Shown here piece after piece: positions 26,163 to 35,166 of a stretch of 64,000 nt of DNA. Location: the IMG/VR virus record IMGVR_UViG_3300023202_000249. One strand, 5' to 3'. The DNA comes from an uncultured virus (IMG/VR IMGVR_UViG_3300023202_000249) (taxonomy: Duplodnaviria > Heunggongvirae > Uroviricota > Caudoviricetes). The notes under the pieces were generated by a model, which was not told the DNA's origin, searched no databases, and was given only the letters and a program-made list of their open reading frames with translations. A program made the position numbers and the translations under genes. Every line of letters starts with the position of its first letter. Position 1 is the stretch's first letter.

Positions 26163-27069
26163 TCGTATTCTTTCCGTAAAAGGTACACGGCCGATGTTAT
26201 ACCGCCGTCGGCAGATAATCGAAAGTGAAAAAGGCTATTTTTAGAAATCGCCTCAACTCACTCTGCGAGTAGCAAGGTGCCTCCAGCTTCGCACCGTTGG
26301 GCACCAAGCCCTCTCAGAACCGGACAAGCGGCTTTCGACCACAACGCCGTCCAACAAAATTCCGGCTTTCAGCATGCGGACGATCAGCCGGAGGACGTTG
26401 GTCCCCGATCCGACCGCCGCAGGAAACGCAACAACCAAAGTCACGCTGCTCGGAAGTGAAAGTCTACCGTGGCGTAAGCCAAGGAGAAGTGAAACGCGTG
26501 CTGCGAGGTGAAGGCCCTGAATCCGACACACAACCCCTTATGGGCGCAGGCCTATGCGACTTGGACGCGGAGAAACGACGATACGCATCCAGGCGTCTCC
26601 CCGGGGTCACCAGACGGCATCGAGCAAACGGCGACATGTAACTAAACCAGGCGTATGGCGGGAAGTAAACCGTAGCGGTCCCACTTCGTAAACTTGCGCG
26701 GGAAGTATCCGGTTCACTCATGAGATGAATTGACTTGAAATTAATTCGACAGGCCACCTATTAAATACCAATGTGCGCTAAATCTTACCTCGTTTTTACC
26801 AAGTAAAACTCAATCTTACCCAGGCAAACCTTTTCCTTACGAACAGAACCCAAAAAGAGCATATGTTTTTATACGTCGTAAGTTGAGATGGTAAAGACAC
26901 CATTGTGCAATTTCCATTTAAACGCGATATCAGGAGACTTCTTGTCCGCACCAATGACTTAAGCGTCTCGGGTGTAAAAAGTCTCCTGAGAGTACCCTGA
27001 ATTCGCTAGGAATACACCCTGGATTTTTCCTTACTTAGCTTAAGCGTTGTTGTTTTGTTTTTGCCGCTT

Positions 27070-27179
27070 GCCTAAGCGCGTTTATCGGACAGGGTTTTTA
27101 CCCCTCACTCTCCCTCCCGTAGGGAGGAGGGAGAGAGTGAGGGTAAAAAGCCCTGTGCCGCTAAACCGCGTCTTAAGGC
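27070..27179. other. 110-bp bulged inverted repeat in a 1.2-kb AT-rich divergent intergenic region
   Basis: Arms align over ~50 bp with several single-base bulges. Confidence 0.85.
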
Positions 27180-27417
27180 GTTGTGATTATTAGATTTATA
27201 TGAATTGTTAGGGTGTTAGATTACGAAAAGCATAAAGTTTAGGGTATACCTAAAGTTAAAAACAAACATCTATACTGCATTAGAAGTAAGTTTTTAAGAT
27301 TTTCAGTATTAGCCTAATGCACATTGATTGCCTAAGCAAAAATAAAAAAGTGTCGGTAAGATTTTATAGACAAATGAACAGAAAATAGGTATACTGACTG
27401 CACGTGGAGATATCAAA

Positions 27418-28161
27418 ATGATACAGATTCCTGGGTATGATCCTGACCGGTACCGCGTCTCTCGGGACGGTTCGGTATGGTCATACAGTCTTAGATCGGG
27501 TTGGAAGCAACTTAAAGGATCGATCACCGCACAGGGACGCCGCGTGGTCCGGCTACGCAAGGACGGCAAGCACAAGGACTGGTACGTCCATCATCTAGTC
27601 TGGCGCGCATTCATCGGTCCGGTCGCCAAGCGCATGCGCATCGAGCACGTGGACGGCGTTTACACCAACTGTGCGCTCAAGAATCTGAGGATACACCGAA
27701 ATCTCCCGAAGGCGCGGTCGCCAAGCGCATGCGAATACGATACGATGTTCCGGCGATACCTTCGCGGTCGCGCCGAGGACGCCGATCTACGGGAGCCATT
27801 CCGCATGACGCGTGATAAGTTTCGATGGCGACTCGAAGCGTGGTTGCAGGCGCTCAATTGGCGCCGGCATGCGCTGGGGGTCTGGTGCGCGTCCAATGGC
27901 TTGATTGCCCTGCACCATCATGTCCTGGACGTCTACATCCAGGACATGCGCGAACATGTCGACTTGGGAGGCAAGTTGCATCGCGTCGACCGACTCATGC
28001 TTGAGGCATGGATGTGTCGCCGGCTCAAGCGCAGGGAAAAGGTCCGGCACCTCGATCTCGATCCGCTGAACAATGCGATCACCAACATAGCCGTGCTCGC
28101 CAACGATGGTGGCCTTAGGCGATTTGATGATGACGGCAAGAAATACAAGATTAAATATTGA
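27418..28161 (+). CDS. NUMOD4/HNH endonuclease-like protein
   Basis: IPGY...YRVSRDGSVWS, YVHHLVWRAF, HVDGVYTNCALKNL and a second HLDLDPLNN. Confidence 0.85.
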   Translation: MIQIPGYDPDRYRVSRDGSVWSYSLRSGWKQLKGSITAQGRRVVRLRKDGKHKDWYVHHLVWRAFIGPVAKRMRIEHVDGVYTNCALKNLRIHRNLPKARSPSACEYDTMFRRYLRGRAEDADLREPFRMTRDKFRWRLEAWLQALNWRRHALGVWCASNGLIALHHHVLDVYIQDMREHVDLGGKLHRVDRLMLEAWMCRRLKRREKVRHLDLDPLNNAITNIAVLANDGGLRRFDDDGKKYKIKY

Positions 28162-28180
28162 TAAACTTCCGCCTTAGGTA

Positions 28181-28209
28181 TTGACGCTTGTTGTGTTACC
28201 TATTATAGT
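28181..28209 (+). promoter_or_regulatory. sigma70-type promoter followed by an A-family hairpin (28238-28275)
   Basis: TTGACG-17 bp-TATAGT. Confidence 0.7.
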
Positions 28210-28310
28210 AGTAGCCCGCGCAATACGCTAGCACGCCTCAGCCCCATGCGCGCGTAATGGCGCGCTGGGGCTCGAGGTAGAGCGGAACTCACACCAAGGA
28301 GTGACTTGAA

Positions 28311-28574
28311 ATGAACGAAGGAGGAGTACATCTGACGCCCGAGGACATGGGCTTTGTCAGGGACTACATTAGGGCTTGCGAGGAGGCACCGGCCGAAGGA
28401 GATGGAGGCTGGGAATACACGGCCGAAACCTACCAGAAGTACGCGACCGCGAAGGGTTGGATCGACGGTCAGGAAGTTGTAAGAGATAAAGAGCAAGAGA
28501 TGTCGGAGTTTGAAGAAAAGATGTTAAGACTCGGAATAGACCTTCGAGACGCGGAAATTTTCGAGGGCATTTAG
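28311..28574 (+). CDS. hypothetical protein
   Basis: AAGGAG RBS. Confidence 0.7.
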   Translation: MNEGGVHLTPEDMGFVRDYIRACEEAPAEGDGGWEYTAETYQKYATAKGWIDGQEVVRDKEQEMSEFEEKMLRLGIDLRDAEIFEGI

Positions 28575-29072
28575 ATGCAAGTTCCAAAGCGAATCCAGAG
28601 CATCATCGACTCAATCGGGATGCTCGTGCGCATGGTCGATCCTGAGATCGCGACTAATATGGGGCGCGGCATGATACAGGCCATGTGGGCCTTGATTATG
28701 CAACAGGGCAAGGACAGCGATCTTACTGCGGATCAGTGGAACGATCTCATCGATGCGGTGGCGGCCGAATTATCGAAGGCCGTACCAAAAGATTACTTCG
28801 ATACGATATATATTAAACGCCAGGAAAACCGCAGTTTTCTTCAGATAGAGATCAACCGTATGTATAAAGGAGTGCCTCGTCTTACGAGGAAGCTCACCGG
28901 TCACTGGAAGATTATCGACAAACACCCGGTGTTTGTCGATGACGATAATCGGGAATGGACATTTGCTTCGTTCCTGCCGTCGGGGACGAAGTTTCATCAG
29001 CGCGTCACCGTCTGTGGCGTGTTCACCAATGAAGTAAAGGAGGATGAGAATGCCCAAGAAGAAAAGGAGTAG
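28575..29072 (+). CDS. hypothetical protein
   Basis: Directly abuts the previous gene. Confidence 0.7.
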   Translation: MQVPKRIQSIIDSIGMLVRMVDPEIATNMGRGMIQAMWALIMQQGKDSDLTADQWNDLIDAVAAELSKAVPKDYFDTIYIKRQENRSFLQIEINRMYKGVPRLTRKLTGHWKIIDKHPVFVDDDNREWTFASFLPSGTKFHQRVTVCGVFTNEVKEDENAQEEKE

Positions 29073-29262
29073 GAAGACCTTCGCGAAGTGGCTCGTGGAG
29101 CAGCGAAGGAAGAACGGATGGACGCAAGACGCCGTAGCCCGGTTTCTCGGCGTGAGTTCGCCGCGGATATCTGAATGGGAACGCGGGACGCGGACACCCA
29201 AGCCGCTTACGCAGATTGGCATTCAGGTGACGTTGGCGCAAGCACCGCCTCGCGGCCGGTAG
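29050..29262 (+). CDS. XRE-family HTH regulator
   Basis: WTQDAVARFLGVSSPRISEWERGTRTP. Confidence 0.9.
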   Translation: MPKKKRSRKTFAKWLVEQRRKNGWTQDAVARFLGVSSPRISEWERGTRTPKPLTQIGIQVTLAQAPPRGR

Positions 29263-29297
29263 CCGTCCTCTGGAACGTCTTCGCAAGGAGGTTGACT

Positions 29298-29375
29298 ATG
29301 GACGTGCATTTTTCAAGCAAGACCGACCTGTGGGACGCGGGGACCCCAAAGGTGCTTCCGCTCCTGGGAATCTGA
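29298..29375 (+). pseudogene. N-terminal remnant of a phage Dam-type adenine methyltransferase
   Basis: AGGAGG RBS and MDVHFSSKTDLW, then unrelated sequence and a stop. Confidence 0.55.
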
Positions 29376-30127
29376 TCAGCAGACTTTCTGCGCACGGCTC
29401 AGGGAATGTCGCCAAAAGAAATAGAGGAGGGGCGGCGCGGATAGCGCCGTACCCTCAATCCGCTGGTTGGCGGTTTCGTCGGCCAGCGGGGAAAGGACGA
29501 AATGAAAGCGAGATTGATTCGACTGCTGCTTGCCGGGGCGATGATCTTTGGCGGCTGCGCGATGGACAGCCGCAGGATGGCGCGTCGGCGTCGGCGTGTT
29601 TCTTGTGTTGTGGGGCCATTGCATGGAGAAGCATCAACGCTTCCGCGGCCGTTGGTAGACTTGTTCGTCAATGCATGGGATGGTCAACTTCCCAATACAC
29701 TTGATGCCTCCACTCGCGGACTGTGGCTTGGTTTCCTTGATGCCGTGTTCTCCAGCCATTACCTCGATCCTCCTTGCCTTGGGCCATGTGTGTGTGTCCC
29801 TGTCCGCCAGCTGCCCATTGCAGCCGCCCAGCGCGCACCGCGTGGAGATAGGTGCCCCCATGTATCCCAGGGATGGGGCTGGCCCTGATGGCGGAACAAC
29901 GGGCGAGTTTGATATTCATTGGTTCGAGTTGGCTGGCGCCCGCGTCCCGAAGTTGTGCGTGTACGACGATGCGTGGTCCGCATTGTGGCAATTCCGTGAC
30001 GTGCTGGAAGCGCTGAAGGACATTGACGGCCAGAGTGCGCCACCGGAAAAGATTTGCGAGTTGCTGGTGTCGTGCGGTGTCCACGACGCGAGTGCTAAGG
30101 CGCTAGCTAAGCAAAGGAGATAGAGCA

Positions 30128-31096
30128 ATGAAGGGAAGCAAAATGAAGGTTTGTCTCGAACTGACGGAGGAAATGCTTGGTACCGCATCGGTCGACCCGG
30201 AGATCCACCGGAAATACATCGCCGCGCGCGGACCCAACGCCAAAAGCAGAGAGGAGGAGATCGCCTCACTTGGGGAGTACGAATTCGCCAATAAATCGAT
30301 GACTATCTTCCCGCGTGAGGATAGGGATAAAGAGGGCCGTCCGGGTGGTAGACCCATCATGTGGGACTACCAAATAAAAGGATTTTTCAAGGACGCCTGC
30401 GGGATGCTTTCGAGGGTAAAGGGCGAAGGTAAGGGCACCCGTTCGAGTAAGATCAAAGCCTACCGTAAGGTAATCGACGGCCTAATCTTTGTCGAACCTC
30501 GAAAGATCCCCATCGTGCTTCCCGAAGGATACGACATGGATATCGAGGATGGCTACCTCAAGCTGCCGACATGCCAGCGCCCGCTACGAGCGCAGACCGC
30601 GCAGGGTGAGCGAGTGGCGCTCGCCGAGAGCGAGGTCGTCCCCGAGCGCAGCATCATGAATTTCAACGTCGTCCTCCTCGATCCCGCCTATGAGAATGTG
30701 GTTCGAGAGTGGCTGGATTACGGGGCGTTGCGAGGTCTAGGGCAATGGAGGAATAGCGGCAAGGGCCGATTCAAGTGGAGGGAAATAGAGGCGGGCGCAT
30801 TGCGTATGGAGACCGAGATCAAAGAAAACGTCGGTGATAGAAGAGAAGTAGAGCAGGTTCTGATAAAATTTTTCCCCTGTGACCCGCTCAGCGTGTACGA
30901 GAAGATGAGCGAATATGAGATTATGAGATCTACTACTCTGGACGGAATCGACCTGAATAAGGTAGATGTGTATAAACTCCCAGACAGAAACGTCTTGCTA
31001 CACGTGAAAGAGAGGATAAAATTGGGATATTACGGTAAATTTGGAGTAGATACAGAACCTGGATGCTACATTGTTAAGGGGTATCACGCTCGATAG
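30128..31096 (+). CDS. Stand-alone Cas7/RAMP-like protein with a ~100-aa C-terminal extension
   Basis: N-terminal strand VCLELTEEMLG, YQIKGFFKDAC helix, RPLRAQTAQGERVALAESE hairpin and Gly-rich loop YGALRGLGQWRNSGKGRF. Confidence 0.7.
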   Translation: MKGSKMKVCLELTEEMLGTASVDPEIHRKYIAARGPNAKSREEEIASLGEYEFANKSMTIFPREDRDKEGRPGGRPIMWDYQIKGFFKDACGMLSRVKGEGKGTRSSKIKAYRKVIDGLIFVEPRKIPIVLPEGYDMDIEDGYLKLPTCQRPLRAQTAQGERVALAESEVVPERSIMNFNVVLLDPAYENVVREWLDYGALRGLGQWRNSGKGRFKWREIEAGALRMETEIKENVGDRREVEQVLIKFFPCDPLSVYEKMSEYEIMRSTTLDGIDLNKVDVYKLPDRNVLLHVKERIKLGYYGKFGVDTEPGCYIVKGYHAR

Positions 31097-31268
31097 CGAT
31101 ATTCCTCCAGACTTAGGACTTGATTCACCCATGGGATTCTGAGGGCGCCATGCCTAAAAAAGACGAAGATTTGATCATTTCTGGAAAAAAAATATCCCCA
31201 TTAATCCGAGGGCTTACGCATACCGGAGCATATGTGCTGCATTCGGCGGAGAGGAGGAGTTTCGCGAG

Positions 31269-31697
31269 ATGCTAGATAACAAATTCAGTAATATCTACCT
31301 TACCACATTGGCGTCATATATGCTAGCTCGCATACAGATGGGGTCGTCTTTCTCCTCACAAGAGGAGAGAAGCAAGCTTGTAGCGGTGCTACGGATCAGC
31401 CAAACCACCTGCAGACGCGTGTTTAACGGGTATGTTGAGGGCGCTTGCGAGGAGGCTGCCGGTCTTTCATGGAAAGATGTCCAGTCCAATGGGGCGCTTA
31501 GCGATTTGCATGAGCAAATTGCTAAGCCAATCACCAACATGAAGATGTCAGCATATTGTGGATCATTAGACCCACAATTGACGCACCAGATAGTTGAGGA
31601 TTTCGAAGGGCTGGCTGATCATAAGGAGGATTTGATCAAGGTACAAAAGCAAAGCCGGGAGATGGCTGAGAAGAGGAGAAATAAGAGTGCTAGCTAA
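31269..31697 (+). CDS. hypothetical protein
   Basis: GAGGAGGAG RBS. Confidence 0.7.
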   Translation: MLDNKFSNIYLTTLASYMLARIQMGSSFSSQEERSKLVAVLRISQTTCRRVFNGYVEGACEEAAGLSWKDVQSNGALSDLHEQIAKPITNMKMSAYCGSLDPQLTHQIVEDFEGLADHKEDLIKVQKQSREMAEKRRNKSAS

Positions 31698-31785
31698 GCC
31701 TGTTTTGGAGTTGGCTGGGAGGCTGGACTCGATCGCTGAGGAGGTGACGCCTGCAAAAATGGCCTCTCTTAAGCCGTTTCAGAGG

Positions 31786-31892
31786 GCAGTATACGGGCGG
31801 CTGCTGGCAAACTGGCGTTACGCGGCGGGTTTGCGGAGTGCTTCCGCGTGTTGAAGCCGGAGGGTGTGCTGATTTTCAAACAAGGCGCTTGA
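31786..31892 (+). pseudogene. Internal fragment of a SAM-dependent methyltransferase
   Basis: YGRLLANWR, then a frame change to LRGGFAECFRVLKPEGVLIFK. Confidence 0.55.
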
Positions 31893-31895
31893 GAT

Positions 31896-32081
31896 ATGAT
31901 AGAAACACTGTATATCTTCTGGTTAATCTGTATCATATGCTGCATCAAAATATTAGTCGATAAACAATACGAAACCGGAGATCCAGACAATACACTATAT
32001 CACATATTTATAACATTTTGGGTAGCATTATTAGCACCATTATTTCTAATTGTTTTACTGATAATGAAATACAAGAAATGA
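31896..32081 (+). CDS. small two-TM membrane protein (AT-rich)
   Basis: Two hydrophobic helices and a KYKK tail. Confidence 0.65.
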   Translation: MIETLYIFWLICIICCIKILVDKQYETGDPDNTLYHIFITFWVALLAPLFLIVLLIMKYKK

Positions 32082-32199
32082 TAGATTGGCGCCCGCGAAA
32101 AGAGCCAACTACGTATGTCATCTTTCCTCCGATTCACCGCGCCTTTTTTCTCCTTTCGGGACATGGGGGGTCGTATCAGGCGACGCCGGCCAGTTAGCG

Positions 32200-32448
32200 T
32201 TAGCTGGCCGGCGTTGCGTTGAAGCTCGGCACTGATTCACGGTCCACTTCCCATCGTGACTCAATGCCACGATCATCGACCAAGGTAATGGTCATCGGCC
32301 AACCTGCCTCCCATCCGTCACGGCTGTTGTGTTCGTACTCTGCCGCTTCTTCCGCAGTAAAGCTGTCGTGGCCGTGCATGCCGTTTCCATCGCCAATGTC
32401 TACTGCGTCAGCGATGGTTTCTCCGTGGTCTTCGATGTAGTATGTCAT
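32200..32448 (-). CDS. hypothetical phage protein
   Basis: GGAGG RBS; DGWEAGWP; stop lies in an AGCTAAC core. Confidence 0.7.
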   Translation of the reverse strand: MTYYIEDHGETIADAVDIGDGNGMHGHDSFTAEEAAEYEHNSRDGWEAGWPMTITLVDDRGIESRWEVDRESVPSFNATPAS

Positions 32449-32735
32449 CTTTCCTCCGATTCCCCCCGCCTATACGTACCAGCAGGAGGCAACTCATTGT
32501 CTAGAAGGTTAGCGTTTTGCATTGCGGCAAAACATTCCGAATGCATCCTGGTGGTAACGTTTTCGCCATAAGTAAACCACTTTACGTATGCCCTGCCTCT
32601 TTCAATTCTTTCAGCGCACCAATTGCATGTGTAATTCTTGCGCGCTGCCTTTATGTGGTTGATAGGGTTATTCATCTTGCATGTCCTCGTATGGGTTAGG
32701 CTCACATCGTCGTGCTTCATCTTACATGTCCTCAA
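32445..32735 (-). CDS. small Zn-binding protein (probable start at MNNP)
   Basis: ARKNYTCNWC...HSEC. Confidence 0.6.
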   Translation of the reverse strand: MRTCKMKHDDVSLTHTRTCKMNNPINHIKAARKNYTCNWCAERIERGRAYVKWFTYGENVTTRMHSECFAAMQNANLLDNELPPAGTYRRGESEER

Positions 32736-32874
32736 CGCAATTCATGGTCAACGATCTCCCTGTACTCCCCTTTTGGCGGAACGTTATTCGTGCCTTTCGT
32801 TCCGCTATTGTCCAACAAATAGCTCTGGCACAGAGGTTTCACGGGAACCCCCGCGTGCGGGCCGCGTTCGCCGA

Positions 32875-34086
32875 TTACTCGCTGGCTCCGTAAGGCTCAC
32901 GGCTAAGATGCTGGCCGCCTTGCCGCGGTGCATGACGAACGTAGCAGTACTTTTCTGATAATGCCACATCGCGAAACGCCTTAAGATCTCTTTGCGGGAT
33001 CTTAAGCGGCCTGCTTCGGTCAATGACAACGCTCCATTGAACCTCCTTTCCAATCGGGATGAAGGTTTCTACAAATTTCTTGGCCTTTTCTTCGATAGTG
33101 CTATTATCCTTTACCCAATCAGGACGCTTTGCATCATAGTCGGCCTGCGGCTTTGTCGGTTGCGCCCTGTCCTCATTTGCGTAGGCAATCACGCCGTCCG
33201 GCTCGTAGATCCACTGCCAGTAGGTCTCGCTCCAACTCAATACGCGCGGACTGATATCGGGAAAGGACCGCGCTACGCCTTCCAAAATGGTCTTTTGGGG
33301 GTCTTCGTGCCGCCGCATGATGAGATGCGTGCCCGTGGACCGGGTAATACTTCCGGCACCGCTGCCAACATCGGTCACATTCTTGCCCGACTGAGATCCT
33401 TTGCTGGCGTGATGAATGACCATGACCGCCGCATCCATGCTGATAGCGATTTGGTCGAGGACGTTGTATATCTGGGCCATGTCCGTATTCTCGTTTTCTC
33501 GCATGCCCTGTGGAATCATGCGGTATAGCGCATCGATCGCGATAAAATCGAAGTCACCAGGCTCAAAATTCCTTTGAAGCCACTGGTTGATTTGATTAAT
33601 ATCTTCGAGTTGTCCACGACAAGCCTTATATTGCAATCTGTTTCCGTAGCGCGGCTTGGTTAGGTCGATACTCATAGCCTCGGATACGGTTTGTATGCGC
33701 CATTTCAAGAGCGTAGCATCAAGTTCGTTATCTATGATCATGATGCGTGGCTCTTGCAAGGGCATCTGAAAGCCAAGCCACGTGAGACCGGCAAGCATGG
33801 ACAGCGCGACTTGATCGCGAAGCCAGGTCTTTTTGCTTTTCGGATCGGAGGCTAATGTCATGACCTCTCCGCGCCGCAGGCAGCCTTCGATTACGGCAGG
33901 CTTAAGCTCGGGGTATTCTGTAAACAGCGTGCCAGCGGAAAGTAGGCCGGAGTTCGCGAAACGATCAAGGCGACGTTGCTCCTGCTTTGATTCAAGAACA
34001 GAGGTGACACGTGCCAATGCCTGCTCCAAGCCGTAAGCATTGGCGAAATCATTCCAGTCCTTGATGCGTGTTTCTGTCTCAGCCAC
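32875..34086 (-). CDS. RecA-fold AAA helicase (RepA/AAA_25-like)
   Basis: Walker A-like SDPKSKKT, IDNEL, Walker B FIAIDALY, VIHHASKG, GSGAGS. Confidence 0.85.
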   Translation of the reverse strand: MAETETRIKDWNDFANAYGLEQALARVTSVLESKQEQRRLDRFANSGLLSAGTLFTEYPELKPAVIEGCLRRGEVMTLASDPKSKKTWLRDQVALSMLAGLTWLGFQMPLQEPRIMIIDNELDATLLKWRIQTVSEAMSIDLTKPRYGNRLQYKACRGQLEDINQINQWLQRNFEPGDFDFIAIDALYRMIPQGMRENENTDMAQIYNVLDQIAISMDAAVMVIHHASKGSQSGKNVTDVGSGAGSITRSTGTHLIMRRHEDPQKTILEGVARSFPDISPRVLSWSETYWQWIYEPDGVIAYANEDRAQPTKPQADYDAKRPDWVKDNSTIEEKAKKFVETFIPIGKEVQWSVVIDRSRPLKIPQRDLKAFRDVALSEKYCYVRHAPRQGGQHLSREPYGASE

Positions 34087-35128
34087 TTAGGCACTCCCAA
34101 AAGGTCAATGCTTCGACATTGGTCGCCACAGTCCGAAGCGCTTCGAGACCTCGGTCTCGCCATTTCTCCCCCGGTTTCCATTGCGCGCCGGTGCGTTTAT
34201 TTATCTTTAATTCATCATCGTCATATATGAGGCACACCTTGCGCCCTTTAAATCGACCGAGCAGTTTAGGCGTCCACTCGAACGACTCACTGGCCGTGAT
34301 CGCGCATGCGTTCGCGCCAGCACTCAGCATAGACAGCGCCTTGAGTTCGCCCCCATGCAAAAATAGCCAATGTTCAGCATTGAACGTCTCGGGCGCTGGC
34401 CATGCCGTGATATAACGATGTATTGGCTTATCCTTGGGCATAGTCCCAAACTTCCTCCATAGGCACTTAGGAACCTTGCGTCCTGTCTTGGGATTGATGG
34501 GGCGGTTGCCCTCCCAGTGCGTCTTGACGCCGTAACATACTCCAGCATCGTTTGTGATAGGCAGCACCCACTGGCAACGCGTAATCCTTCCGCTATCGTC
34601 AAACGAAAGGCGGTCAACGCCGATGGAATACTCCGTGGCCACTTCGTCCGTGATTTTGCGCTTTTCATATAGGAATTCAATGGCGGTTTGCCCGTTTAGA
34701 TCGCGATACATGTCTTCGCGCTTTGACGATATGTATGCCTCCATCTTCTCCCCGTCAGGAACGGGAATTAAAGGTTCCGATGGTGTCTTGGGTTTGCGCG
34801 GTGGCGATCCATTGTTTACGGCATTGTTTACGGAAAGAGGCATAGGACGGTAGCCCTGCATCTCAATACCGAGTATCTGTGCCGCGCCTTTAAAATCTGT
34901 GTTTCGTAATTCCATAATTGCGTCAATGACCGTCCCTTTGACACCGCAACTGTGACACTTGAAATAATGTGTCCCGTCGTCCTGTACTCTGGTCATAAGC
35001 GATGGTGAGTTGCTACTCCCTCGCTCCTCACCATGAAACGGGCAATAGGCGTGGTCCGTTGGGTGCTTATCTATGCCCAACGTATCCAGAAAAAGCTTCT
35101 CATTGCGTACAGCCTCTTCTCGATTCAT
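34079..35128 (-). CDS. DNA primase (CHC2 zinc finger plus TOPRIM-like domain)
   Basis: CPFH...PSL...FKCHSCGVKG; GGELKAL; LIYDDD. Confidence 0.85.
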   Translation of the reverse strand: MNREEAVRNEKLFLDTLGIDKHPTDHAYCPFHGEERGSSNSPSLMTRVQDDGTHYFKCHSCGVKGTVIDAIMELRNTDFKGAAQILGIEMQGYRPMPLSVNNAVNNGSPPRKPKTPSEPLIPVPDGEKMEAYISSKREDMYRDLNGQTAIEFLYEKRKITDEVATEYSIGVDRLSFDDSGRITRCQWVLPITNDAGVCYGVKTHWEGNRPINPKTGRKVPKCLWRKFGTMPKDKPIHRYITAWPAPETFNAEHWLFLHGGELKALSMLSAGANACAITASESFEWTPKLLGRFKGRKVCLIYDDDELKINKRTGAQWKPGEKWRDRGLEALRTVATNVEALTFWECLSG

Positions 35129-35166
35129 CGTCCAATCAATCTCAATCCCAATGAAAGCATCTTCCT

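Noticed and set aside
30090..30120. 5-nt-period guide-repeat array next to the Cas7-like gene (ctagc taagc aaagg; a similar run at 10592-10617)
   Set aside because: Only about three loose units, indistinguishable from chance by eye; at most a vestige
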